In this document: positions 36,030-45,881 of the stretch, piece by piece | How positions within the stretch are numbered: the first letter of the stretch is position 1 | How the letters are laid out: each line of letters opens with the position of its first letter | From: a virus | Taxonomy: Duplodnaviria; Caudoviricetes | Reading direction: 5' to 3' (one strand) | DNA length: 56,092 nt | IMG/VR virus record: IMGVR_UViG_3300021959_000049 | Coordinates: 1-56,092 of that record | Notes under the pieces: model-generated | Database searches by the model: none | What the model saw: the letters and a program-made list of their open reading frames with translations, nothing else | Told to the model about the DNA's origin: nothing | Program-made: the position numbers and the translations under genes

Positions 36030-37028
36030 ATGGCGTGGATCTTTACTGGTGGTAATGGCGCTGCCAATACCTACCAGCTTCCTTTCATGAGGAGTCGCAA
36101 GATCACGTTCAGGCGTCGTGGGCCAGCAACCGTCACATGGAAGATGGACGGTCGTGACTCTCGCACAGAGTCAGTCACTGAGATGGTTCACGATCTCAAG
36201 GGTTACCGGGACAAGGAACTACTGTTCCGCGGTCGTATTGGGCCTAGCAATGACGACATCGGTGGCAGGCACAATGTCAACATGGCGGCCCTGGACTACC
36301 GGGGTCGGATGCAGCACCGACTGATCAAGTCTAGCTACACGCTGGGCTATCTCGGTGTAGAACCAGTCAGCCAGATCAACAGCCTGCTGGCAACGCTTCA
36401 AGCAGAGACCAACGGCAACGAAGGTATCAGCGCAGGCACTCAGGACACCGTTGCGGCCAGGGACTTCACTTGGCGCTTGGGCATGAGCTTCACTCAGGCA
36501 GTAGACGTCATCGCAGAAGCAGACGACGGCTTTGACTGGGAGATCGACGCCAACATGAACTTGAACACTTACGCTCCCAGTCGCGGCTCTACGAAGACAG
36601 AGCCGCTTGACTTCGGCGGTGCTATCGCAAGCGTGAAGCGTCAGCTCAAGGGCAATGCCTTCGGCAACTTTGTCTTGGGTATGGGTCAGGGGTTCTTGAG
36701 CCCTGAGGAGATCGCAGCCTCTGACATTGCAACTGACTCTCGGGGTCGCTGGGAGATCACGCGTAGCTGGCCTGACGTAGCCACTCAAGCAGTCAATGAC
36801 GGTAGAACTCAATACCTGCTTGACGAAGTCAACACCCGGCAGTACCACTACAAGATCAAGCTTCGCCAAGGATGGTGGACCGGCAAAGACAAGCTCTGGC
36901 TTGGAGATGTGTTCCCTGTTCGGGTCAAGAGCGGCAGGCTAGACATTGACACCACGCTCAAGGTTGAGAACATTGTCATCAGCCTTGACAGCAGCGGGGT
37001 AGAGACCGTGGAAGTTGAGATGCAGTAA
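36030..37028 (+). CDS. Minor tail protein (baseplate hub-like)
   Basis: LLFRGRI, GFDWEID and LGD motifs of actinophage minor tail proteins. Confidence 0.75.
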   Translation: MAWIFTGGNGAANTYQLPFMRSRKITFRRRGPATVTWKMDGRDSRTESVTEMVHDLKGYRDKELLFRGRIGPSNDDIGGRHNVNMAALDYRGRMQHRLIKSSYTLGYLGVEPVSQINSLLATLQAETNGNEGISAGTQDTVAARDFTWRLGMSFTQAVDVIAEADDGFDWEIDANMNLNTYAPSRGSTKTEPLDFGGAIASVKRQLKGNAFGNFVLGMGQGFLSPEEIAASDIATDSRGRWEITRSWPDVATQAVNDGRTQYLLDEVNTRQYHYKIKLRQGWWTGKDKLWLGDVFPVRVKSGRLDIDTTLKVENIVISLDSSGVETVEVEMQ

Positions 37029-37029
37029 C

Positions 37030-38700
37030 ATGTTCGCTGGCGACAAGATTCAAGACAGCATCATTGACATTGGCGACCGCGTTAGCATCCTTGAGCGCGA
37101 GGTCTCCCTTGATGCAGGAGGTGCCAGCGAGGAACTCAATGGTCCGGTGCATCTTCAGGTCAAGAACACTTCTGGCGTTGCGCTCACCAAAGGCAGTCCT
37201 GTTTACGCGACCGGTTCAGTTGGTGCTTCTGGAGCGGTTGAGGTGTCTCCTTCTGACGCAGACTCATCATCAACTATGCCTGCGCTGGGTTTGCTCAATC
37301 AGGATCTCAGTAACGGCCAGACCGGTGATGCCACGCTGCTAGGAGTCATCACTGAAGTTAATACGTCTGCCTATGCAGTCAACGACGAGCTTTACGTTTC
37401 TACCACTGCTGGTGCTCTGACGAATGTTCGCCCTACCGGTGCCTCCGACCTCGTGCAGAAGATTGGCAGGGTTGTGCGCTCTCACGCCACGACCGGAGAG
37501 ATCGTTGTTCTTGGTGCGGGTCGTACCAACGATGTTCCCAACGGAACACTCGCTAACGACATCAGCGGGAACGCTGCCACAGCGACTGCGCTTGAGACGG
37601 CTAGGACGATTGGTGGTGTGTCGTTTGATGGCACGGCAAACATCAACCTGCCTGGGGTAAACACGGCAGGCAATCAGGACACTTCGGGCAATGCTGCTAC
37701 GGCGACCAAGTGGTCGGCGGCCACCACGCTGTCTTTGGCTGGCGACGCTAGCGGTTCCGTTGTGTTTGACGGTTCGGATACGACCGAGACGTTGACCGTG
37801 ACTGTCGCCAACGATTCGCATACGCACGACACTCGGTATTACACCGAGTCGGAGTCTAACGCTCGGTACTTGCAACTAACTGGCGGAACCATGACGGGCG
37901 AATTGCAGTTGAACGCTCGCCTTGACGTTGGTAATGGTACTAACAGTAATCACGAGATTCGCATCTACAAGGCAGACAACAACGTTTCTGACCACATCCA
38001 GTTTTACAACGGCACGACTCGTATTGGTGAGATTGGTTGTCAGGACACGACTTGGTTGCGGATCAACCAGGTAACTGCCAAGAACATATATTCGCCTAGA
38101 TATTTCCGACTTGACGGTGGTATCAGCACGAACAATGTGCTTTCCGTTGGTCAAACCTCGCTGAACACGGCACGTCGTTTCTATGTGTACGGCGGCTCGC
38201 TTGCTTCGGAAATCCGTCGTGAAACTTTGTCAGGGTCATCTGGCATCATTGTGTTTTCAGGCACGGGCGGTTCGTCACGATTCATCTTCTATGCAGACGG
38301 CGACGCTGCCAAGATCACAGGTGCAGGCGACTGGCAGGGCATCTCTGACGACCGCCTGAAGACCAAGCTGACGAGCCTTGACAGCGACGACATCTTGGCC
38401 AAGCTGATGGCGCTCGACCCAACGATGTACGAGCACACTCACACTGTAAACCTTGTGAGTGACGGCAACGGCGAAGATGACCTTGAGATCGTAGAGCTTG
38501 ATGAACCTGATCCTGCTGTTGTTGGCTTCATGGCTAGCGACTTTGAGGTTCAGTTCCCAGAGCTAGTTATGACGAAGGGTACTGACAACATTCGGCATTT
38601 GCCGATTGGTCAATGGGACGCAATTCTGACTGCTGGTTTGCAAGCTGCGGTGCAACGCATTGAAGACCTTGAGGCTCGGGTAGCTGCGCTTGAAGCGTGA
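37030..38700 (+). CDS. Tail fibre/receptor-binding protein with C-terminal intramolecular chaperone (peptidase S74-like)
   Basis: GNAATAT repeats; SDDRLKT...GFMA...coiled-coil C-terminus. Confidence 0.88.
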   Translation: MFAGDKIQDSIIDIGDRVSILEREVSLDAGGASEELNGPVHLQVKNTSGVALTKGSPVYATGSVGASGAVEVSPSDADSSSTMPALGLLNQDLSNGQTGDATLLGVITEVNTSAYAVNDELYVSTTAGALTNVRPTGASDLVQKIGRVVRSHATTGEIVVLGAGRTNDVPNGTLANDISGNAATATALETARTIGGVSFDGTANINLPGVNTAGNQDTSGNAATATKWSAATTLSLAGDASGSVVFDGSDTTETLTVTVANDSHTHDTRYYTESESNARYLQLTGGTMTGELQLNARLDVGNGTNSNHEIRIYKADNNVSDHIQFYNGTTRIGEIGCQDTTWLRINQVTAKNIYSPRYFRLDGGISTNNVLSVGQTSLNTARRFYVYGGSLASEIRRETLSGSSGIIVFSGTGGSSRFIFYADGDAAKITGAGDWQGISDDRLKTKLTSLDSDDILAKLMALDPTMYEHTHTVNLVSDGNGEDDLEIVELDEPDPAVVGFMASDFEVQFPELVMTKGTDNIRHLPIGQWDAILTAGLQAAVQRIEDLEARVAALEA

Positions 38701-38709
38701 TTGTGGGCT

Positions 38710-38889
38710 ATGCTGCCCCACGTGAATGTCACACCGGAAGAAGTTATCGCAGTCATGCAGACCCGGTTCCCCAAGGAGCTGGAGATTTGCGTGCTCACAA
38801 TCCAGAATCAGAAGCTAGTTCAAGAGCGGGAAACGGGGGCTCAAGATGACGAAAGCAAACGAGTTCAAGTCGGGGATACAGCCGACTAG
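38710..38889 (+). CDS. Small hypothetical protein
   Basis: Short ORF after the fibre gene. Confidence 0.5.
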   Translation: MLPHVNVTPEEVIAVMQTRFPKELEICVLTIQNQKLVQERETGAQDDESKRVQVGDTAD

Positions 38890-39076
38890 GCGGGACAGCT
38901 ATACCAGCGTCATTTCTCAGCTTGAGCAGAACGACCCAGAACTACTAGCAGCAATCACTGAAGCGCTAAGCGAACCGCACTCCTCCCTGGCGGCGATTCA
39001 TCGTAGCATCAGAGAAGTCGGCATTGACATTGGCTACTCTGCGATAGTCAGGTGGCGAGATTATGTCCGCGGCTGA
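38846..39076 (+). CDS. Small protein, possibly DNA-binding
   Basis: SLAAIHRSIREVGIDIGYSAIVRWR HTH-like segment; overlaps the phosphoesterase start. Confidence 0.6.
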   Translation: MTKANEFKSGIQPTRRDSYTSVISQLEQNDPELLAAITEALSEPHSSLAAIHRSIREVGIDIGYSAIVRWRDYVRG

Positions 39077-40217
39077 AGAGTTCACTCGGCTTACTGCACA
39101 TCACAACGGGCCTGACAAGCCACCTCCCGGCTGGGAACCTGGTCACCTGATCAACCACGAGACGGGGCAGGCAGAATACACAGGGCTTGCGACGACCGAA
39201 GCTATCGACCCCGACGAGGCAGGCATCCTCGCCGAGATGAAGCTTGATCCTGGCGAGTGGGCTATCAAGCCTGGCAGCTTGCAGGTTCGTAAGTGGCAGC
39301 AGAAGGCCGGGACCGGAGAGTGGTGCTGGTATTACCGCATCACCGCTGTGCGCCGCTCTAAGGCGTTTGGCGACCTGGACGACCTAATCACAGCGCTTAG
39401 GCGTCGGAAGCGCTCTAAGGGGCTTACAGAGGCTCCTGGCGGGCAAGTGTGGGCTACGTCTGACTGGCAGGTTGGTAAGGCTGGCACGGTGGAACATGTT
39501 CTGCAGTCCCTGGGTGAACTGCCCGCACGGTTTGAGGATTCGTGGCGGCGCTCAGGCAAGCCTGGTCATATCATGATTGCTTTCGGTGGTGACCTCGTTG
39601 AGTCGTGCAGCCCGAACCATTACGGAAGCCAGCAGCTTTACACGGTAGAGATGACCGACCGTGAACAGCGTGCCGTGGTGCGTGAGGCTGCAATGGCCAT
39701 CATTGACAAAGCCAGCACCCTGGTGAACTCTGTCACGGTGGCGGCTGTTCCTGGCAACCACGGAGAGAACCGGCACGGCAAGCGCGATCACATTGTTGGC
39801 GACAACGTAGATGTGGCTGCCATCGATGATTGCAGATGGGCCTGCATGGATCTGGAGCAGTACCAGCATGTGCAGTGGGCTGTTCCTGGCAATGACCTCA
39901 CGGTCTGCGTTGAGGTAGACGGCTTGCGGGTGGGCTTGTTCCACGGCCACCAGATCGGTGGCCAGGGCAAAGTTCAGGGATGGCACGACAAGCAGGCAGG
40001 GAACCATCGCCCGATTGGCTCTGCAGAGTTGCTGATTTCAGGTCACTTCCACAGTTTCCGCTGTGAGTGGCTTGGCCCTCGCACTTGGATTCAGTGCCCG
40101 AGCGAAGACGCTGGCAGCCCGCAGTACGCGGAGATCGCTGGTGCTGGTGCCCGTCGTTCTGGTTCGGTGACGGTAGATGTAAATCAAGGAACTGTCAAAG
40201 ATATTCGTATTGTGTGA
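39063..40217 (+). CDS. Calcineurin-like metallophosphoesterase
   Basis: SDWQVG, GDLVE, GNHGE, HGH and GHFH motifs. Confidence 0.9.
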   Translation: MSAAEEFTRLTAHHNGPDKPPPGWEPGHLINHETGQAEYTGLATTEAIDPDEAGILAEMKLDPGEWAIKPGSLQVRKWQQKAGTGEWCWYYRITAVRRSKAFGDLDDLITALRRRKRSKGLTEAPGGQVWATSDWQVGKAGTVEHVLQSLGELPARFEDSWRRSGKPGHIMIAFGGDLVESCSPNHYGSQQLYTVEMTDREQRAVVREAAMAIIDKASTLVNSVTVAAVPGNHGENRHGKRDHIVGDNVDVAAIDDCRWACMDLEQYQHVQWAVPGNDLTVCVEVDGLRVGLFHGHQIGGQGKVQGWHDKQAGNHRPIGSAELLISGHFHSFRCEWLGPRTWIQCPSEDAGSPQYAEIAGAGARRSGSVTVDVNQGTVKDIRIV

Positions 40218-40303
40218 TTGTTCTCAGTTGCACAATGAGTTAGCGTTCAGGAAACAAGAACCCCTAGCAACGTTAACCTGATCCCTGTTACAGGAATAGA
40301 CCG

Positions 40304-40612
40304 ATGAACACTACCGGGCTAGGAGCAATCCTTATAGGCGCTTTCACAGCGATGACGACTTCGCTGGGCAGCCTGATTGCTGTTCTTGGCCAGGTGGATA
40401 TGTCTACCGGAGCCGAAACTGGTCTTCTGGTAACGGGCAGCAGCGCAGGTATGAGCGCAGCCGCTCTGGCTTACGTCGTAAGGATGGTGGTCAGTGGCAG
40501 GCTGGTTCATCGTGACGTTGAGGAAAGCGAAGAAGAGCTGCGCAAGCTAGTGGCTGAGTCTATGGAACGTGAGCGGGTGTACGCTCAGTTCATCGAGAAA
40601 CGCATTGGCTAG
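40304..40612 (+). CDS. Membrane protein (holin candidate)
   Basis: Two hydrophobic segments and a charged C-terminus. Confidence 0.6.
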   Translation: MNTTGLGAILIGAFTAMTTSLGSLIAVLGQVDMSTGAETGLLVTGSSAGMSAAALAYVVRMVVSGRLVHRDVEESEEELRKLVAESMERERVYAQFIEKRIG

Positions 40613-40767
40613 GGCAAATAGCTCTGAACCTACCAGCGGCGCTGTAAGGCCCGTAGGCGAGAGCTAGTGCTTGTCCGGTACTACACCCTCACCGGGGGTG
40701 CCAGCGACGCAGCAGGGGCCACCGTGGCGCTCCTGGCAGACAGCCCAATAGTCTCCCCGACAAGGCA

Positions 40768-40798
40768 AGAGACCCCGCCCATATAGGACGGGGCCTCT
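40768..40798 (-). terminator. Terminator between convergent operons
   Basis: Minus-strand AGAGGCCCCGUCC-UAUAU-GGGCGGGGUCUCU, fully paired when G-U is allowed. Confidence 0.7.
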
Positions 40799-40849
40799 GC
40801 CACACACATGGACGGGGATCCACGTAGATCAGTATACCAATCAGTATAT

Positions 40850-41113
40850 CTAAATGACGTCGTCTTCGCTAGGGGCCGGACCGTTTGCCGGATGCGCAGC
40901 CAAAGCATTGAGTTCGTCAACGAACTGCTTCTGGTTGACTTGCTGTGGACCGATCACGATGCCGAGCAGCAACGCATTGAACGCCGTGATGGCACCGACT
41001 TGGGCTTCAGTCCAGTTGACGATGTCAAACACCAACAGGATGAACACCAGGCTGTCAAACAGCGCTAGTAGTTGAACCTGCCGGATGCGAAGCTGCCGCA
41101 AGATCTGTTCCAT
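40850..41113 (-). CDS. Holin-like two-TM protein
   Basis: LLALFDSLVFILLVF...NWTEAQVGAI... resembles actinophage holins; RBS AGGAG. Confidence 0.7.
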   Translation of the reverse strand: MEQILRQLRIRQVQLLALFDSLVFILLVFDIVNWTEAQVGAITAFNALLLGIVIGPQQVNQKQFVDELNALAAHPANGPAPSEDDVI

Positions 41114-41312
41114 GATTATCTCCTGATTGACTAACGAGCGTAACCCTAGTTACTTCTACGCTCCCAGGCATGTTCTCTACGAATCTATTGCGAGCCTGCT
41201 GTTCTGCCCATGCTTGAGACTCTGGCGGCGCTGCCACCGAGATGTTCGCAAAGCGCTCGTAGCGGTAGTTGCCCTGCTTCTTGTTGAAGGTGATGCTGAA
41301 GTTGTAAATCAC
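41055..41312 (-). CDS. Hypothetical protein
   Basis: Coupled to the thyX stop (GTGA). Confidence 0.55.
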   Translation of the reverse strand: MIYNFSITFNKKQGNYRYERFANISVAAPPESQAWAEQQARNRFVENMPGSVEVTRVTLVSQSGDNHGTDLAAASHPAGSTTSAV

Positions 41313-42253
41313 AGCTCAACCCCCTGCTCGCTCATGATGGCAGCCGACGGATCGTACATCCAGGAGTCAGTGGAAATGTAGTCGTCCCACTCGGTTGTCG
41401 GGATGCCGTCACTCTCCAGCCCATCAACTTCCTCACGGATGTTGCAGTGACGATCAAACTCACCCTTGAAGGCGCACTTGCCAACCTGCCAGCACTTCGG
41501 TCGCCACATGAGGCTGTCGCTCAGGGCCTGATACTCACCGGCATACTCTGGGTCGTTCATCTCGCCGTACTCGGCGATCTGCTCAACGATCTGACTGAAC
41601 ACGCTGCGCCAATGGAACTGCGCCTGGGTGCAGAGCCGGTTACCAGCATGTTCAGCTAGGTTCCGGCAGTCGGTCGTATACATGATGCGAGTCGCCGTTG
41701 CGTGAGGCAGCAGCCCTCGGGCATCCTCAGCAGGCATACCGTTGGCGATCAGGTACTCGTACGTGTCCTGGACCTTGGCAACGCACTCATCCCACCGGGC
41801 ACGGTTCTGGCCGAGCTGGTCGCTGGTGTTCTCTGGGTTGGTGCCATGCAAGCTCGGCGGCAGACTCACGCCCTGGCTCAGGTTGTCCAGCACCGCAAAG
41901 CGCAACGACTCCTGAGCGAACACCGCCGTCCGCTGCCGAACATGCTGGTGCGTGAAGCTGCGGTCAACACCCTCAATCAGGAACTGAAACTTGATGTTCT
42001 CAAGCGGTGCCTTCAGGTGCGTCTTGGACATGTCGCTCAGGGCCTGGTCCATTGCTTCTTGGCTGACGTCGTCAAGGTGACGGATCACCCGACCTGCGTA
42101 CATCTCGTTGAAGCTGGCTAGCGCACTCAGCGGTCGGTGCGTCATCCAGACCAGGCTGACCTTCGGCAACACGCCTCGGTCTGTGGTCCACGTTTCATGC
42201 GGCTCTGCGTCGAACATTGCGACGTCCGCATACTTCATGATCTCTTGGGTCAT
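41309..42253 (-). CDS. thyX: FAD-dependent thymidylate synthase-like protein (variant motif)
   Basis: FLIEGVDRSFTHQHVRQRTAVFAQESLRF (RHR replaced by RQR), EDARGLLP and RLCTQAQ. Confidence 0.85.
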   Translation of the reverse strand: MTQEIMKYADVAMFDAEPHETWTTDRGVLPKVSLVWMTHRPLSALASFNEMYAGRVIRHLDDVSQEAMDQALSDMSKTHLKAPLENIKFQFLIEGVDRSFTHQHVRQRTAVFAQESLRFAVLDNLSQGVSLPPSLHGTNPENTSDQLGQNRARWDECVAKVQDTYEYLIANGMPAEDARGLLPHATATRIMYTTDCRNLAEHAGNRLCTQAQFHWRSVFSQIVEQIAEYGEMNDPEYAGEYQALSDSLMWRPKCWQVGKCAFKGEFDRHCNIREEVDGLESDGIPTTEWDDYISTDSWMYDPSAAIMSEQGVEL

Positions 42254-42265
42254 TTGCTTACCTTC

Positions 42266-45200
42266 CTAGATTACATCTGGGTTCACGACCCAGAATCTTT
42301 CTGCGTAGATTGCTCTACGCGCTTGGTTTCCAAGTTTGACACCTTGGACGACAACTACGTCTCGGTCCAAGTCTACACCCCAAATGCTGCGACGGTACTT
42401 TGGGTAGTTCCACCGACTGAATGCAACGGTCATAATGTCTGTGTCGTCGTCACCGTTCATGGTGACGTACTCACGCAAGTGTGGGTCCTTGACCGTTGCT
42501 GGGTCAAGTTCTTCACCTGTGCGACTGTAGTGCAGCTCGAAGATATCTCTCAGGTTCCTGCTGATGATGACGCCTGCCCACGTGACCTGATGGTTGATGC
42601 CATCGGCGCTGTAGGGAACGTCCTCGCTGCTGTGCGTGATCTCAGGCAAGCCGAGTTGCACGGAGGCATCCTTGACCTTGTCCACCCGGTTCCGCAGCCA
42701 TTGAATCTTGTACGGGTCGTCTTGCTCTACGAACTCGTAGACCTTGTCGATGGTCTTTGGCCCAATGCCACGAACAGCCGTGTAATCGGTCCAGTTGGTT
42801 ACCGGCGACTGCTCCCGATGTTCAATCATTTGGGCGGCGGTCTTCTCGCCAATACCGCTGACCTGACTCAGACCACCACGGATCCTACCCTTGCTAGCAA
42901 CCGACCAGCTCACCCCGCTCTTCTTCGGGTTGGGGCGCAGGGCCGTGATGCCGTGGCGCTGTGCATCCTTCAGCAAGTCTAGGTTCTTGTCCTTGGGTAG
43001 CTTGGCCAGGCTAGCGACGTAGAACACCTCAGGATGGTAGACCTTCAGCCACATGCACCACCAAGCCAGCATTCCGTAGCTGACGCTGTGCGCAGCGTTG
43101 AACGCATACGAGCCAGCCGTAATGCAACGGTTCCAAACGTCGCGGGCAATCTCTTCGGTCATGCCCTCGTGACTGAGCGCACCATCTAGGAACCTGCCGA
43201 ACTGACGCTCAAACTCCTGCTCACCCAGCTTCTTGCTGATGATCTTGCGGATGTAGGCGGCAGCCGTCCAGTCAAAGTTACCGATCTCACGCACAATGCG
43301 CAGGATCTGCTCCTGGTACACAATCTGGAAGTGCGTGTCCTTGGTGATGTCATCAAGGATTGGATGCACCGGCTCTGGAGCACGTACACCGTGCTTCAGG
43401 GCGATGTAGGCGCTCGTCGCACCATTGTGCAGCGGACCAGGGCGGCTCAGCGCACAAATATCTGCAACCTCCATGAACGTGTCTGGCTTCAGCTCACGAG
43501 TCACGTTGCGGGTAGCCCTGCCATCAAACTGGAAGATGCCAACCACATCGGCCTCGTGGAACCCAGCCACGACACGTTCGTCGTCAAGGGGAATGTCGTA
43601 CAAGTCCTCGAGCTTCATGTCCAACAGGCGCAGTGCTTCTGCCAGCATGGTCATGGTGCTCAAGCCCAGCGTGTCAATCTTGATCAGACCCTGGCGCTCT
43701 ACGTCTTCCTTGTCCCAGCCGACTACATCGTTGTTGACGTCCTTGACTTTCTTTCTATAGACAGCCGCCACATCGTCGATTGGTTGGCTTGCGATGATGA
43801 GGCCTCCAGCGTGCGCTCCCAAACCCTTGATGTTGCCTTCAAGATCCATGCTGTGCTTGAGGTCTGGGAACCGCTTGAGCACATCACCTGCGTCTTCAAA
43901 TTGAGCCACGGTGTCTTCAATAGTGTTACTGGGCCGTAGATCTCCACTAGACCTTTCGATGAGAACATCTTTGATCTTGTCGACCTCGAATTGCGGTATT
44001 CGGTAGACCCGCGCCACATCGTCAAGGGAGTTCTTGGACTTGAAGAAAGTAAACGTAGCGATGAGGCCCACGTTCTTGGCCCCGTACTTTCGTTCTGCGT
44101 ACTCTTTGATTTCATGTCGCCTCTCGCTGTCAAAGTCTAGATCAATGTCTGGCAGGTCAGCCCTGCTGTGGTCAATGAACCTCTCAAACACAAGGTTGTC
44201 GAAGAACACCGGGTCAACCTCGGTGATCCGCAGCAGCCAGCAGACCAGGCTGGCAGCCGCACTACCACGAGCAGGGCCGACCGGAATGCCGGTCTCCTTG
44301 CTGTAGATCACGAGGTCACTAACAATCATGAAGTAGTCCTGAAAGTCCTTCCCCTCAATGACCTCAAGCTCACGATCAAGTCTCGCTTTATACTTTGCTT
44401 TCTCAGCTTTGCTGAGTCGGTTGATGCCCCTGTAGTTCCAGCCCTTCTTGAGCAGGTAGCGCCAGTAGCTTTCACGGTCGTAGCCCTCGGGGATAGGGAA
44501 CCGCAACGGGTCAGCCTTTGGCAGAACAACACCCTTGCACCTGTCTGCAATGACCCCGGTGTTGAGGATGGCATCCCGTGCTGCATCAGCAGGTAGGCCG
44601 GTGGCCTTCAGGCGCTGGTAGATTTCCTTGTCTGTGATGGGCGGTGCCAGAGGAACGTCGTAGCCCCACGCCTGAGCCTGCTGCTCTAGCGTTTGGCGTG
44701 TGCCCGCACGAATGCTGTGCAGGATCTGCTGCACCTCGTTCTCGGTCGGGTCGGTGTAGTGACAGTCGCCCGTCGCAACCAGTGGGATGCCGGTCTGCTT
44801 GTGAATGTCGTAGATCATCTTGTTGATCTTCTTGACATTGTCAAGCTCTGGGAACGCCTGCACCTCGAGATAGTAGTTGTCACCAAACGACTTCTGGAAC
44901 CGCTGGGCAACCCGCAGACCACGCTCAAAGCTGGCTTCTGCCTCGGGGATGTTCTTGCCACCCACCAAGCTAGTAGCCAGTAGCGAACCGGTACAACCAG
45001 ACAGAATGATGAGGCCCTTCTTGTATTTGGTCAGGGTGGCACCGCTGGTAGTGGGTTCGTAGTAGGTGTCTTTCCACGACTGCGTGACTAGGCGCATCAT
45101 GTTGCTGTAGCCAGCCTGGTCTTCGGCCAGGACGGTCAAGTGATTCTTGCGTTGGCTCTTGCGGTCTTCGTCTACGTGACCGCAGTAAAGCTCAACACCG

Positions 45201-45535
45201 TAGATCGGGTTGACGCCATGCTCTTGGCTGGCCTTCTCCAGCTTGACATGGCTGCTGACGTTGCCATGTTCAGTCAAGGCAAGCGACTGCATCCCGATCT
45301 CGGCTGCACGACGCACGTGAGCATCCGGCATCTGGAAACCGTCTAGGAAGCTGAACGTGCTGTGATGGTGCAGGCTCACGTAGCGCATCGGCTTGCGCTG
45401 GGGTGACTGCTCACGACGACTGCGCTTGCGCCGCTTGCGCTGCACCTCAGCCAGGCCAGGCTCGCACGTTACGCAATCGCCACCAAGCTCGTGGTCGTGG
45501 TGGTCGTGGTGCGGATCTTTAGCTGGCTGGCTCAT
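42266..45535 (-). CDS. dnaE: DNA polymerase III alpha subunit (family C)
   Basis: PHP domain (SLHHHS, TEHGN, DCHY), GPARGSAAAS, PDIDLDF catalytic motif, YAFNAAH and HhH. Confidence 0.97.
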   Translation of the reverse strand: MSQPAKDPHHDHHDHELGGDCVTCEPGLAEVQRKRRKRSRREQSPQRKPMRYVSLHHHSTFSFLDGFQMPDAHVRRAAEIGMQSLALTEHGNVSSHVKLEKASQEHGVNPIYGVELYCGHVDEDRKSQRKNHLTVLAEDQAGYSNMMRLVTQSWKDTYYEPTTSGATLTKYKKGLIILSGCTGSLLATSLVGGKNIPEAEASFERGLRVAQRFQKSFGDNYYLEVQAFPELDNVKKINKMIYDIHKQTGIPLVATGDCHYTDPTENEVQQILHSIRAGTRQTLEQQAQAWGYDVPLAPPITDKEIYQRLKATGLPADAARDAILNTGVIADRCKGVVLPKADPLRFPIPEGYDRESYWRYLLKKGWNYRGINRLSKAEKAKYKARLDRELEVIEGKDFQDYFMIVSDLVIYSKETGIPVGPARGSAAASLVCWLLRITEVDPVFFDNLVFERFIDHSRADLPDIDLDFDSERRHEIKEYAERKYGAKNVGLIATFTFFKSKNSLDDVARVYRIPQFEVDKIKDVLIERSSGDLRPSNTIEDTVAQFEDAGDVLKRFPDLKHSMDLEGNIKGLGAHAGGLIIASQPIDDVAAVYRKKVKDVNNDVVGWDKEDVERQGLIKIDTLGLSTMTMLAEALRLLDMKLEDLYDIPLDDERVVAGFHEADVVGIFQFDGRATRNVTRELKPDTFMEVADICALSRPGPLHNGATSAYIALKHGVRAPEPVHPILDDITKDTHFQIVYQEQILRIVREIGNFDWTAAAYIRKIISKKLGEQEFERQFGRFLDGALSHEGMTEEIARDVWNRCITAGSYAFNAAHSVSYGMLAWWCMWLKVYHPEVFYVASLAKLPKDKNLDLLKDAQRHGITALRPNPKKSGVSWSVASKGRIRGGLSQVSGIGEKTAAQMIEHREQSPVTNWTDYTAVRGIGPKTIDKVYEFVEQDDPYKIQWLRNRVDKVKDASVQLGLPEITHSSEDVPYSADGINHQVTWAGVIISRNLRDIFELHYSRTGEELDPATVKDPHLREYVTMNGDDDTDIMTVAFSRWNYPKYRRSIWGVDLDRDVVVVQGVKLGNQARRAIYAERFWVVNPDVI

Positions 45536-45881
45536 TGTTGTCCTCGTCTGTGAGCCAGCGCCCCTCGCTCGCGCAGATGATCAAGAAGCAGCAGTAGTTG
45601 ATCAAGTCGTAGGCGTCGTCGAGGGTTGGCGGTTCTGCCTTGTCGCCGTAGCCCCGGACGTAAGCCTCTGGATTCTCGATGTAGCGTGCGAAGTCCTCTG
45701 CCTTCTGAGCCAACCGCAAAGCCTTGTGGCGAATGTGGCGAGCGCTACCCACCACGCCATCCTGCAAGAACAGGTTCTTGTAGCGGTTGTTGCGCTCTAC
45801 GAAGATCTTGGCGCACTCACGGAAGATAGACCGCACCTTGGTCTCGTAGGTCAGGAGTTCTTCTGGGCTTGGAATGCTCAC
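45519..45881 (-). CDS. Nucleotide-modification-associated alpha-helical protein (Nmad1/DUF1599-like)
   Basis: IFVERNNRY...HKALRL...DDAYDLINY pattern. Confidence 0.65.
   Translation of the reverse strand: MSIPSPEELLTYETKVRSIFRECAKIFVERNNRYKNLFLQDGVVGSARHIRHKALRLAQKAEDFARYIENPEAYVRGYGDKAEPPTLDDAYDLINYCCFLIICASEGRWLTDEDNNEPAS

Noticed and set aside
34815-38700. Diversity-generating retroelement or invertible fibre cassette
   Set aside because: No reverse transcriptase or invertase, and no template/variable repeat pair noticed.
42137-44983. Long plus-strand ORFs opposite dnaE, and similar antisense ORFs genome-wide
   Set aside because: These are shadow frames caused by high-GC codon bias, with no RBS or recognisable motifs.
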